In this document: piece after piece, positions 47,548-57,169 of the stretch
How the letters are laid out: the number at the start of each line of letters is the position of its first letter
Position numbering within the stretch: the stretch's first letter is position 1
NCBI GenBank assembly: GCA_964601515.1
Contig: CAZRNU010000001.1
Location: 9,534 to 73,533, forward strand
DNA from: an uncultured Bacteroidales bacterium
GTDB taxonomy: Bacteria; Bacteroidota; Bacteroidia; Bacteroidales; UBA7960
Length of the DNA stretch: 64,000 nucleotides
Reading direction: 5' to 3'
Program-made: the position numbers and the translations under genes
The notes under the pieces: model-generated
What the model was told of the DNA's origin: nothing
Databases searched by the model: none
Seen by the model: the letters and a program-made list of their open reading frames with translations, nothing else

Positions 47548-48252
47548 TTACTTTATTCTGCCGTGATATTTTTTCAAATAATACTTGCAAAATGAATGAA
47601 ACAGATTAATGTCATCTTTATCCATAGACATTAATCTTTCCATTATTCTGGGGTAAATTATACCTTCTGTTTTTATACCTACATCACTGAGAATTTGGCT
47701 TGCCTTACCTTTAACAATTTTAAATTCATCTTCAGTAGCAGTGTGCTTTTTTTTCTTAGAATGATTTAAAGTAAGTTTTGATAAGTAGGTTGCGTAAACC
47801 ATTACAGCCTGACCCAAATTCAGAGAAGGATATTTGTTAATCATAGGGATTGTAGATAATAGGTCACAAACGGCTAGTTGACTGTTGCTCATGCCCGATT
47901 CTTCTCCTCCGAATGCAATCCCAACCTTACTTATTGTATCTCCCTTCGATATAATAATATCACTTAAATTTTCTACTGTATGATAGTTTAAGGAAACAGT
48001 TCTCTTTTTAGCTGCTGATCCAATTAGAAATGTAATGTCAGATCTTGCAGATTCAAGGCTAGTAAAAACCTCAATATTTTCTAAAATGTCATTTGACCCA
48101 TGAGCAATTGCCCTGGCTTTTTCGCCCAAATGATTGCAAAGAGGAGCTACAAGGCGAAGTTTCTTTATCCCCATTGTTTTTAAAGCCCTTGCAGCTGCAC
48201 CAATGTTCTCTTCTCTTGCCGAATCGCACAAAATGAATATTATTTCAGGCAT
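47548..48252 (-). CDS. SpoU/TrmH-family RNA 2'-O-methyltransferase (TrmJ-like)
   Basis: The start is taken at the ATG at 48252 (MPEIIFILCDSAREENIGAAARALKTMG). SPOUT motifs are present (AFGGEESGMSN, IPMINKYPSLNLGQAVMVYAY), followed by a ~70-aa C-terminal extension as in TrmJ. Confidence 0.8.
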   Translation of the reverse strand: MPEIIFILCDSAREENIGAAARALKTMGIKKLRLVAPLCNHLGEKARAIAHGSNDILENIEVFTSLESARSDITFLIGSAAKKRTVSLNYHTVENLSDIIISKGDTISKVGIAFGGEESGMSNSQLAVCDLLSTIPMINKYPSLNLGQAVMVYATYLSKLTLNHSKKKKHTATEDEFKIVKGKASQILSDVGIKTEGIIYPRIMERLMSMDKDDINLFHSFCKYYLKKYHGRIK

Positions 48253-48269
48253 TTTTTCTATTGTTTTTG

Positions 48270-48277
48270 CAAAAATA
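48270..48277 (-). promoter_or_regulatory. -7 promoter box for the SpoU-family methyltransferase gene
   Basis: The minus strand reads TATTTTTG, 18 nt upstream of the ATG at 48252. The box lies inside the longer ORF-track start, which argues for the shorter start. Confidence 0.45.
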
Positions 48278-48433
48278 CAAAACATTGTTAATGACTAAAT
48301 TTAATTATTTTTTAAGAATATTTTGCATATGTTGTTTTTTTTTATATTTTCGGACAATAAATTGAATTGCGCGTATTACAAAACTTGATTTTTTATAATT
48401 TCAATCAAAACATTTTTAACTAAAACCACAAAA

Positions 48434-50410
48434 ATGAAAAAAGTATTAATTAGCAAATTTGCTTATTGCATATTGTTCTTGTCAATTGTAATGATTGCTA
48501 CCGGGCAGAAAGCTCCGATGAAATACGGCAAAGTTGATGAATCTCTTATCAGAATGCAGAAATTTGAAGCAGATACTTCTGCAAATGCTGTGATATTAGG
48601 TGATTATGGCGTTGTTGAGATAAGGCTTGAATCAGAAGGATGGACTGCCTTTTACACCCGACATCTTAGAGTTAAGATTTTTAATCGCGATGCTTTTGAT
48701 CTTGCAAATTTTCGCTTAGGATTGCGAAATAGTGCATATGGTGGAGAAAGAATCGGGAAATTGCAGGCAACAGTCTTTAACTTGGAAGATGAGAAAATCA
48801 CAAAAACAAAATTCAACAGAAAAAGTACTTTTGAGGAGGTCGTTAGCAATTATTATAAATACGTAATTTTTACTTTGCCAAATATAAGAGAAGGGTCTGT
48901 TTTTGATCTTGAATATACTATCGTTATGCCGGGAAGATTTCTTGGATCTTTGCCCGACTGGTATTTTCAAAGTGAATATCCTACAGTTTTGAGTGAGTTC
49001 AGGACATCCATCCCGGAATATTTTTCTTATAAAACACTTATGCATGGCTATGTAGTATTGAAATCTAGAGAGGTTAATGCTCTTAGAAATAGTAAGTTTA
49101 ATTTTTCCGAGACTTATACCAGATACTTGGCAGAGAATATTCCGGCTTTTAAAACAGAACCACATATGAATTCTCTGGTTAATTATATATCAAGATTAGA
49201 GCATGAAATAGCAGCGTATAAAGCACCATTTGGAGGAACTACTGATTACTCCAGCTCCTGGCCTAAAATAAACAAAGAATTGATGGAGTCTGATGACTTC
49301 GGTAAGCAATTGCAAAGATCTGGTTTTTTGAAGGCTGAAGTTGATAAAATTAAAGCTGAGCATGAAACACAACTTGATAGGATGATTGCAGCTCATAAGC
49401 TTATTCAGAATGAAATGACATGGACAGAAAGAAATAGTATTTATGTAAACTCGACTCTTAGAAAAGCATGGAGCGAAAAGAAAGGAAATTCAGCTGATAT
49501 AAATATGATGTTGGTTTTACTTCTTAATGAGATGGAAATAGATGCTCACCCTGTTATACTTAGTACTCGAAGAAACGGCATTATTAATCCTATTCAACTT
49601 ATGTTGAGTAAATACAATTATGTTGTTGCTTATGCGGAAATTGATGGAAAAGGATATGTTATGGATGCAACGGAGAAGAGGATTCCTTATTTTCTTCTGC
49701 CGGAGCGTTGTTTAAACGGACAAGGCAGGTTAATATCAGAAACAAGAGGGAAATGGGTAAATCTTGAATCAACAGGATCTAATCTAATGCATACTGAAAA
49801 AACAATTATAGTTAAGCCATGCGGTTCTTTGAGTGTAGCTCTTACAAGAAATTTGGAAAACTATTATAGGTATAGTTTGCAAGAAGGGTATAGGAAGTTT
49901 GACAATGAAGAAGAGTATATGGATAGCTTTGAGGCAGCAAATAAGGGTATTGTATTGAATTCGTTTAATATGGAAAATCAAGATGACTGGGGAAGGCCGT
50001 TAATTAGTAAATATGAATTTGATATACCTGATGCAGACAGCAATCCAAAAGATATTATATATTTTAATCCTTTTACAATAGACAGAATTGAAAGTAATCC
50101 TTTCAGGCTCGAAGAAAGGCAATATCCTGTTGACTTTATCTATCCTACAAAAAGAACATATTCCATTAAGGTTGAATTACCTGAAGGATATATTGTTGAA
50201 GAACTTCCTCGCGATTCAAGAGTTAATCTTCCGCAAAGAGGGGGTAGTTTTTCATGCAGGTATAAGAAATCTGATTCTTCAATAGAATTAACTGTTGAGA
50301 TTGATTTAAGGAAGGCAATTTATTTATCAGAAGAATATAAAACGTTAAAAGAGTTTTATGCAAAGATAGTTGAAGAACAAGCCAGGCAAATAGTTTTAAA
50401 AAAGACTTAA
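48434..50410 (+). CDS. DUF3857-like / transglutaminase-fold protein with substituted catalytic residues
   Basis: 658-aa ORF with a signal peptide, colinear with the downstream paralog. The position equivalent to the catalytic Cys reads KKGNSADINMMLVLLL (Ser) and the His position reads YNYVVAYAEIDG (Tyr). Confidence 0.7.
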   Translation: MKKVLISKFAYCILFLSIVMIATGQKAPMKYGKVDESLIRMQKFEADTSANAVILGDYGVVEIRLESEGWTAFYTRHLRVKIFNRDAFDLANFRLGLRNSAYGGERIGKLQATVFNLEDEKITKTKFNRKSTFEEVVSNYYKYVIFTLPNIREGSVFDLEYTIVMPGRFLGSLPDWYFQSEYPTVLSEFRTSIPEYFSYKTLMHGYVVLKSREVNALRNSKFNFSETYTRYLAENIPAFKTEPHMNSLVNYISRLEHEIAAYKAPFGGTTDYSSSWPKINKELMESDDFGKQLQRSGFLKAEVDKIKAEHETQLDRMIAAHKLIQNEMTWTERNSIYVNSTLRKAWSEKKGNSADINMMLVLLLNEMEIDAHPVILSTRRNGIINPIQLMLSKYNYVVAYAEIDGKGYVMDATEKRIPYFLLPERCLNGQGRLISETRGKWVNLESTGSNLMHTEKTIIVKPCGSLSVALTRNLENYYRYSLQEGYRKFDNEEEYMDSFEAANKGIVLNSFNMENQDDWGRPLISKYEFDIPDADSNPKDIIYFNPFTIDRIESNPFRLEERQYPVDFIYPTKRTYSIKVELPEGYIVEELPRDSRVNLPQRGGSFSCRYKKSDSSIELTVEIDLRKAIYLSEEYKTLKEFYAKIVEEQARQIVLKKT

Positions 50411-50420
50411 TCTAACTGAT

Positions 50421-52355
50421 ATGCAGAAAATAAAGTATTTTCCAATAGCAACAATAGCGGTTATATTATCTGCTTTTTTGTTGCTCCCAACAAATGTTTT
50501 TGCTAATAAATATGCTGCATCCTCTATTTCAGAAGAGCTAAAAAAGGATGCAAATAGCGTGTTCCGTGTTAATAATCGTGATTACATTTTTCATGGACCA
50601 AATTCGTATACAGAAAGAATTGAAACTGTTGTTACAATCCTAAAGGAAGCAGGCAATGACTTTGGATATTTGTTTATTCCTTACGATAGCCATTCAAGAG
50701 CAAGATTTATAGAAGGTGAAATTATTGATGAATCCGGAAGAATCATAAAAAAAATAAGGCAAAAAGATCTTTCTGATTATAGTGCTATGCAAGGATTTTC
50801 ATTGTACGAAGACAACAGAGTATTAACATACGATCCAAAAATATATCAATATCCTTACACTGTGAGGTATGTGTATGAAATAACCTACAGAAGAGGGATG
50901 TATTATAGCAACACCTTTTTCCCTGTAGAATCATTCAATAGCTCTGCTGAGAATGCAACACTTTCGATATTATTTCCCGAAAATTTAACAGTCAAGTACG
51001 AAGAATTCAATATAGATAAAGGTTTAAAAACCAAAACATCGGATAAGAATTACATTCAATGGCAATGGAAGTTTAAAAACATCCCGGCTGTAAAACATGA
51101 GCATTTGGCTCCTTCTCTAAGAGAAATTTCTTATGCTATAATGTTTGCATGTAATGAATTTGCTTTTGACTCATATCAGGGCTCAAATTCTTCCTGGTTA
51201 GATTATGGGAAATGGATATGGGAAATGAACAAAGGCAGAGATAAACTTCCTCAGGCAACCATTGATATGCTCAGGAATATGGTTAAAGATATAGATGATG
51301 ATAAAGAAAAAGTTAAGGCTATTTATCAATATTTGCAGTCGAGAACCAGATATGTTAACATTGTTTTGGGAATTGGAGGTATGCAGCCTTTCGATGCGCA
51401 AACAGTTGATAGAAATGGATATGGTGATTGCAAGGCACTGTCAAACTATATGGTTGCTATGCTTAAGGAGGTTGGCATAGAATCTCATTATACATTGGTA
51501 AGGGCAGGCAGTCAAAGACGTGACTATAGGTTTTCTCCTGATTTTGTTGCAAGTCAGTTTAATCATGTCATTGTTTGTGTCCCTTTAAATGGCGATACCA
51601 TTTATTTGGAGTGCACAAGCCAGGTTAACCCGTTTGGACATCAAGGAGATTTTACTGACAATCGATATGTGTTAATTATAAGAGAAGATGGAGGGCATCT
51701 TAGAAGAACTCCTGCTATTCCTATTACCGAGAATGCTTTAAATGGGAGCGCTTTGGTAAAATTAGATGCTCAGGGTAATGGTAACGCAAATGTTACAATG
51801 ACCTTCGGTGGTCATTTTTTTAGTCCGCTTAATGCTGCCAGCAGGCAAAATGAAGAAGATCAAAAGAAGTGGTTGTATAGCAGAGATTATTTGCCTAATA
51901 GTGTATTAGAAAAGCATTCAATACAAATAGATAATAGTAGGCCGGCTATTGCCAGATTAGAAATGCAGGCATTGTTAAAAACATACGCAAATGTGAGCAG
52001 AAATAGAATATTTATTCCGGTAAACCTTCTTTCAGCTTCAAAATCAACACCTCCAAGGATTAGGAACCGAGTACATCCTTTTGAACTTGCATTTGAGAGG
52101 AGTTATTGTGATACAATTACGTATATAGTTCCGGAAGGTTTTGTTGTTGAATCAATACCTCAGAATACAGTTTTAGAATCTGAATTTGGGAAATACGTTT
52201 CAACAATTGTTGTGGAAGGAAACGTGGTTAAATACACAATGTATTATGAAAGCAAGTCCGGGCGTTTTCCTCCTGAAAAATACCCGGAATACTTTGAGTT
52301 TTGGCAGAGCATTGTTAGAGCCGATAATCAAAATGTGACATTCCTAAAGGAATAG
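50421..52355 (+). CDS. DUF3857-like / transglutaminase-like cysteine peptidase-fold protein
   Basis: 644-aa ORF with a signal peptide. The transglutaminase core is NGYGDCKALSNYMVAMLKEVGI (Cys codon at 51429-51431), followed by FNHVIVCVPLNGDTIYLECT (His). Confidence 0.75.
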   Translation: MQKIKYFPIATIAVILSAFLLLPTNVFANKYAASSISEELKKDANSVFRVNNRDYIFHGPNSYTERIETVVTILKEAGNDFGYLFIPYDSHSRARFIEGEIIDESGRIIKKIRQKDLSDYSAMQGFSLYEDNRVLTYDPKIYQYPYTVRYVYEITYRRGMYYSNTFFPVESFNSSAENATLSILFPENLTVKYEEFNIDKGLKTKTSDKNYIQWQWKFKNIPAVKHEHLAPSLREISYAIMFACNEFAFDSYQGSNSSWLDYGKWIWEMNKGRDKLPQATIDMLRNMVKDIDDDKEKVKAIYQYLQSRTRYVNIVLGIGGMQPFDAQTVDRNGYGDCKALSNYMVAMLKEVGIESHYTLVRAGSQRRDYRFSPDFVASQFNHVIVCVPLNGDTIYLECTSQVNPFGHQGDFTDNRYVLIIREDGGHLRRTPAIPITENALNGSALVKLDAQGNGNANVTMTFGGHFFSPLNAASRQNEEDQKKWLYSRDYLPNSVLEKHSIQIDNSRPAIARLEMQALLKTYANVSRNRIFIPVNLLSASKSTPPRIRNRVHPFELAFERSYCDTITYIVPEGFVVESIPQNTVLESEFGKYVSTIVVEGNVVKYTMYYESKSGRFPPEKYPEYFEFWQSIVRADNQNVTFLKE

Positions 52356-52359
52356 ATGA

Positions 52360-55300
52360 TTATCTTGCAATAATTAGCTTTTTTCTAAGTTGTTTTGAAT
52401 TTGCTTCTATACTAATAATGTAAATGCCGGGCAATAAACTGCTGATGTCAATTCTTTCAACTATCAGTGCTTGTTGTTCGGCATTTACTTTTTTGTCATA
52501 AACAACTTGTCCGCTAAGATTTGCCATCTTAATGTCGGCTAGCCCATTAATGTTTTCTAAATCAATAAACAGATAGTTTGATGCCGGTATAGGATATACA
52601 TTAAAATTGGGTTGAAAATAATCTGCATGCTCCATGTTGGTTAGAGATTCAAATACAGCTACAAAAATCTTATCTGCATTTACTGTAAAAGTGTATGTGC
52701 TTTCTTCTGTTAATATTGTTGACCCGTCCATCCAGTATAAGAAATTCCAGCCTTCATTTGGTTCTGCATATATGCTAACTTCTGCACCATATTCTTTTGT
52801 CCCACTGCCATATACTTTACCACCATCAGCAGGACTGGCAAAAAGTTTTATTGAGTATTGACTTAATGCGAAGCATGCAGTGATTCTTGAATCTTTTTCA
52901 ATATTCCATTGAAATGATTGTTTGGTTGAAATAACCTTTTCTTCATCTTTCCAATAAAGAAAATCATATCCAAAAGGAACAGTTGTGTTTAGATATATTG
53001 TTTGCCATGCATAGTATAAGCCGCCTCCTGTTTGAATGCCTGTATCTTCAGGATTAGAAGTAAGAATTAATTCATATTCCTTAGGATTGAAAACAGCAAC
53101 TATTCTTCTACTTGATGTTAATGTTATAAAGATTTCTTCTTCTGTAGAAAATACAGTAGAATTTTCCTCAAAATGCGAGAAAGTCCAATGATTATCGGCT
53201 TGCGCTGAAATTTTCACTAAAGCTCCTGAGTTGTAGAAGTGTTCTCCTATGCCGGGATTTAATAATCCATTTCCTTCAGCCTCCAAAATTAATACAACGG
53301 GGTTGCTTGATAATATTTCTGTATATACGGTATCTGATGGCAAAGATTCACCAAATGGATTGTTATACAAAGCGGTAACAAAATATTCATATTCACCAAT
53401 CGGAAGTCCGGTGTCAGTATATTCATTTTCAGTAATTACATTTCCTGTATTTATGCCGTTTCTGTATAGTTTGTATCCTACAAGTTCGGGGATTACTCTG
53501 ATGGGTTCTTCCCATGTAAGGCTAATGCTGTGGAGGTTAGTTTCAACAATAACTAAGTTTGAAGGCTGAGGATATAAAGCTTTATAATGAGCTTTTAAGC
53601 TGACGTAATCTATACATATGCCATGTCCACCCAAAGAAGTAGCTTCAAATGCAATTTGAGTGTTTTTTGATACAATTGGAATAAGTACTTCAGATAATGT
53701 CCATTTAGTAACATTTGAAAAGTATGTTTCCAGCAATATCCATTCAGAAAACTCATCATTGCGATAATATATTTTCAGCCTGTCTTGTGTGCATGTGGAT
53801 CCGTTTGTATAATAAAAACTTAGCACAGCATAATCAAATCCTGCAAAATTAAGGCTTGGTATTATTAGTTTTGTTGTGTTTTGTTGATTTTCAGATTTAA
53901 AATAGATATTGAAAAAACCTGAATATGACTCTTCGGGGGAATCGTTTTCATTTCCTTTCCCAACCTGCCAATATGTATTACCTTCTATTAATTCCTGTTT
54001 CCAGCATGTTGGTATAATGTTTTCTTCGAAGTCTTCCAGTAATGGGAAGTCTGTTATTGTTTCACAGAAAGTAGTTGCTGAAGCAATTATTCCTTCTGAA
54101 TAATTTAGTTGATTGTCAAACGACCATATTTTATAAAAGTACCCTGTGTTGCTTTCTAAGTATTGATGAAAGAAATTCTTGTCATCACCAAAATAAATAA
54201 TTTTTCCGCCTCCTGAAATCTCCTCTCCGAGTACGTAAGGACCTGTGGGTTGCCCAAAGCTGTTTATGTGAGAAACAGCAATTAAAACATTATTATTGTC
54301 GGAGTTTGGTAACCAGGTGAGCATTATTTCATCATCTGCCACTGCATTTGCATTGAATGTTAAGGGGTTTTTTACTGTTTCTGAATAGTAATATGTTCCT
54401 TCAAGTGTTTCTAAATTGATGTTGTCGGGGTCGAGCCAAACGCTTAGTCTAGAAGACTCTGCTCCTCCTCCTGTCCATGATTTTCCAAAAACGCCATACC
54501 AGTCGGGTTGGGTATTGCCGCATGCTGCATATCCACCATGAAGCTGACCAATAATCCTTCCTTCTGAGTCATACAAAGGCGAGCCTGATGACCCGGGTTC
54601 AGTTGTTGTTCCTCCGCTCCACACTATTCGCCAATGACTTGTCCCAGAGCCAATATTGCCAAGATATGCTGCTGTGTTTATGCCTGAAGTTGAGTAGCTG
54701 AATTTTTTTATATCACCTCTTGGATGATGAACTCCAACAATAAACTCATCTAGTCTGTTTTCCAGAGTTCTGTTCCAGCCTGCAAAATAGGGATTATACT
54801 CTTGAGGTATTTGCTGATTGAGTTCAAACAGCCAAAAGTCTGTTGAAGAATACTTAGCTTTGTGAGTTGCTCCACTCATAGACTGATATGAAGGAGACGT
54901 TGTAGGGTTGCTGCATGATTGACTTTGCCAGTTAAACCATACAACTACTGTTGATGGTGTTTTATAACAGTGATTTGCTGATAAAATGTAAGGAGTAAAA
55001 TCTTGTTGTACATTGTTAATTAAAGCGCCTGTGCAAAAAGCATTGCCTCCAACCAGAAGTAATACTGTAGAATTAACCTGATCTTGCCAATCGTTTGCTT
55101 GAGGGCAGGCAACATTCAAATTGCAACTACCCGAGTGTCCGAATCCTTTTATTAAATCGAAGGGGCTTCTATATCCATGAGTTACTGTCTCAATTTCTAG
55201 AACACCATTAAAGCTAACATTTACAGGCTCATAATAGTCGACAAAGATTTTTTCTCCATTCACAAGAGTAGTGGCGAAGTACTCATCCTTCTGGTTGTTT

Positions 55301-55719
55301 AAGTTTGTGAAAGCACCTATAATACTTGTGCGGTCTTCATTATAAATAAACAATTCTGCTCCTTCAGGAAGGATGTATTTGTTAAATGTTAGGTTAATGG
55401 ATAATGCCCCTTTGGAGTAAATTCCAAGTTGCCATATTTTGTCGCCATTTTCCAGAACTCTCCATTTTCCTGAGTTTTCCATTGTAAGATTTACGTCAAT
55501 ATTTTCTCCAAATCTCCACGGAGTATCAGCAAGATTATCAAAAACAAGATCTTCTTCATACAAATTTTCAAGATCTAATTCAGGCACTGAAATAAAAGGA
55601 ATATCAGAAGAGCTTTTCTCTAATAAAAAGCTTTTTGGAATACCCGGCTTGCTTATTTGGCTTTGCGCTATATTGCAGGCAAAAAGAGTAATAACTATTA
55701 TAAAAAGTATTTTTTTCAT
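52360..55719 (-). CDS. T9SS-secreted trypsin-fold (S1) serine endopeptidase with accessory domains
   Basis: 1119-aa ORF with a signal peptide. The triad contexts are LSANHCY (His), TDFWLFEL (Asp) and EPGSSGSPLYD (Ser). Downstream are a choice-of-anchor-J-like module (FEENIIPTCWKQE..), an FN3-like module, and three ~70-aa InlB-B-repeat-like units. The T9SS C-terminal domain reads NVYPIPASNYLFI...GIYIISIE. Confidence 0.85.
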   Translation of the reverse strand: MKKILFIIVITLFACNIAQSQISKPGIPKSFLLEKSSSDIPFISVPELDLENLYEEDLVFDNLADTPWRFGENIDVNLTMENSGKWRVLENGDKIWQLGIYSKGALSINLTFNKYILPEGAELFIYNEDRTSIIGAFTNLNNQKDEYFATTLVNGEKIFVDYYEPVNVSFNGVLEIETVTHGYRSPFDLIKGFGHSGSCNLNVACPQANDWQDQVNSTVLLLVGGNAFCTGALINNVQQDFTPYILSANHCYKTPSTVVVWFNWQSQSCSNPTTSPSYQSMSGATHKAKYSSTDFWLFELNQQIPQEYNPYFAGWNRTLENRLDEFIVGVHHPRGDIKKFSYSTSGINTAAYLGNIGSGTSHWRIVWSGGTTTEPGSSGSPLYDSEGRIIGQLHGGYAACGNTQPDWYGVFGKSWTGGGAESSRLSVWLDPDNINLETLEGTYYYSETVKNPLTFNANAVADDEIMLTWLPNSDNNNVLIAVSHINSFGQPTGPYVLGEEISGGGKIIYFGDDKNFFHQYLESNTGYFYKIWSFDNQLNYSEGIIASATTFCETITDFPLLEDFEENIIPTCWKQELIEGNTYWQVGKGNENDSPEESYSGFFNIYFKSENQQNTTKLIIPSLNFAGFDYAVLSFYYTNGSTCTQDRLKIYYRNDEFSEWILLETYFSNVTKWTLSEVLIPIVSKNTQIAFEATSLGGHGICIDYVSLKAHYKALYPQPSNLVIVETNLHSISLTWEEPIRVIPELVGYKLYRNGINTGNVITENEYTDTGLPIGEYEYFVTALYNNPFGESLPSDTVYTEILSSNPVVLILEAEGNGLLNPGIGEHFYNSGALVKISAQADNHWTFSHFEENSTVFSTEEEIFITLTSSRRIVAVFNPKEYELILTSNPEDTGIQTGGGLYYAWQTIYLNTTVPFGYDFLYWKDEEKVISTKQSFQWNIEKDSRITACFALSQYSIKLFASPADGGKVYGSGTKEYGAEVSIYAEPNEGWNFLYWMDGSTILTEESTYTFTVNADKIFVAVFESLTNMEHADYFQPNFNVYPIPASNYLFIDLENINGLADIKMANLSGQVVYDKKVNAEQQALIVERIDISSLLPGIYIISIEANSKQLRKKLIIAR

Positions 55720-55804
55720 GACTAAATAGTTTTAAAATTTCCGCGCAAAGATCGGAAATATTTTTTAATGTGCAAGAAAAAAATAATATATATGCAAAAA
55801 AAGA

Positions 55805-56572
55805 TTACACTAAACGCAAAAAATCACTTACTAAAGCAAAAAAAACATCAGGTTTGTCTGAGTGCAACCAATGTGTAGCACCATTAATAGTTTTTATTTC
55901 TGCATGGGGAAACTGCATTTTGATTTGATGCATCTCTTTTAAAGTAACATAATCAGATCTCCCTCCTCTGACAAACAAAGCAGGTCCCATGTATGGTTTG
56001 TCAGACGGAATAGCTTCACCGATTTTGTCCATATTTTCAAGAACCGCTCGCATATTTGTTTTCCATCCCAAATTATTTTTATCTTTCCAGTATAAATTCT
56101 TCATCAAAAACTGTAATAGTCTATTACTCTTGATTGTTTTAGACAATAATTCTTCAACATCCTGTCTGGTTTTTTGTTTTGAAAAATCTACTGAAAGCAT
56201 TGCATTTATAATCATCTCGTGCTTATTTTCATATTGCACCGGGCTAATATCTGCAACAATAAGTTTATTTACTCGTTCAGGATAGTCGAATGCAAATTGC
56301 ATTATTGTTTTTCCACCCATAGAATGACCAATCAAATGCGAATTTTTGATATTATGAGTATCCATAAACTCTAAAAGGTCATCGCTCATTGCCTGATAAT
56401 TAAACACATCGCTATGTCCGGATTTTCCGTGATTCCTTTGGTCAACAAGGTAAACTGTATAGTCAGCTTCAAACTTTTTGGCTATTGTAATCCAATTGTC
56501 TAGCATGCCAAAAAGACCGTGTAAGATAATTATAGGTGGTCCGCTACCGATGGATTTATAGTTTAGTTTCAT
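55805..56572 (-). CDS. alpha/beta hydrolase
   Basis: 255-aa ORF with HGLFG near the N-terminus, the nucleophile elbow GHSMGG and a C-terminal His context (GATHWLHSDKP). Confidence 0.85.
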   Translation of the reverse strand: MKLNYKSIGSGPPIIILHGLFGMLDNWITIAKKFEADYTVYLVDQRNHGKSGHSDVFNYQAMSDDLLEFMDTHNIKNSHLIGHSMGGKTIMQFAFDYPERVNKLIVADISPVQYENKHEMIINAMLSVDFSKQKTRQDVEELLSKTIKSNRLLQFLMKNLYWKDKNNLGWKTNMRAVLENMDKIGEAIPSDKPYMGPALFVRGGRSDYVTLKEMHQIKMQFPHAEIKTINGATHWLHSDKPDVFFALVSDFLRLV

Positions 56573-56574
56573 GA

Positions 56575-56652
56575 GGAAGGGGGTAAAGGTTTAGGGGTAT
56601 AAGGGTATAGGGGTATAGGGGTATTGGGGTATAGGGGTATAAGGGTATAAGG
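56575..56652 (+). repeat. left arm: GGGGTATA 8-nt tandem array (G-quadruplex-capable), inverted relative to 57135-57169
   Basis: The sequence is GGAAGGGGGTAAAGGTTTAGGGGTATAAGGGTATAGGGGTATAGGGGTATTGGGGTATAGGGGTATAAGGGTATAAGG. It starts 3 nt from the hydrolase start codon and ends 24 nt before the four-helix-bundle gene stop. Confidence 0.9.
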
Positions 56653-56676
56653 AAATATTGGGATCTATAGATTTTG

Positions 56677-57117
56677 CTATTTTTCATTTTGCAGTTGGGC
56701 TTTTACAAAATTAATATATCCATTTATTGTAATTTTTGCGTCTTCAATTAGACTGACTGCTTTATCAAAATGTGCTCTATTAATATAATGCATATCAAAA
56801 CAAGATATGGTGTGATCTTTCAATTCGAATAAAGACCCTCTTGAAATGCGATAAAATTGAATTCCTTCTTTAAAATGAAATCGCCCATATCCTTCTGCAA
56901 TATTAGCAGTAATGCTAACTGATGCTTTTCTTATCTGGAATGCAAGATTGTGCTTTTCTTCATTTGGAAGTAAAGGAATAATCTCCTGATAAAAAAACAA
57001 CCTAACGACTCTTGCTTTTTTCCAGGCTTCTAAGGTCGTGAAATCCTTGTTTGCATTATACTTTATTGATGCTTCTTCAACACAATCGTCTTCGAAACTG
57101 TGGTTGTCAATTTCCAT
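56677..57117 (-). CDS. four-helix-bundle protein (23S rRNA intervening-sequence protein family)
   Basis: 146-aa ORF. LEAWKKA, QIRKASVSITANIAEGYGRF and FYRISRGSLFELKDH match the signature pattern of this family (W-x-x-A; R-A-x-x-S-I-x-x-N-I-A-E-G; G-S-x-x-E-L). Confidence 0.85.
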   Translation of the reverse strand: MEIDNHSFEDDCVEEASIKYNANKDFTTLEAWKKARVVRLFFYQEIIPLLPNEEKHNLAFQIRKASVSITANIAEGYGRFHFKEGIQFYRISRGSLFELKDHTISCFDMHYINRAHFDKAVSLIEDAKITINGYINFVKAQLQNEK

Positions 57118-57134
57118 ATGGTTAAAAATAATTT

Positions 57135-57169
57135 CCCTATACCTTATACCTCTATACCCTATACCCCTA
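57135..57169 (+). repeat. right arm: C-rich complement of the GGGTATA array, overlapping the pdxJ stop codon
   Basis: The sequence is CCCTATACCTTATACCTCTATACCCTATACCCCTA. Its reverse complement, TAGGGGTATAGGGTATAGAGGTATAAGGTATAGGG, matches the unit of the left arm. Confidence 0.9.

Noticed and set aside
56594-56637. GGGGTATA repeats as telomere-like ends of a linear replicon or a contig-end artefact.
   Set aside because: The array is internal, flanked on both sides by intact housekeeping genes, and has an inverted partner 480 nt away. It behaves as a cassette arm, not a chromosome end.
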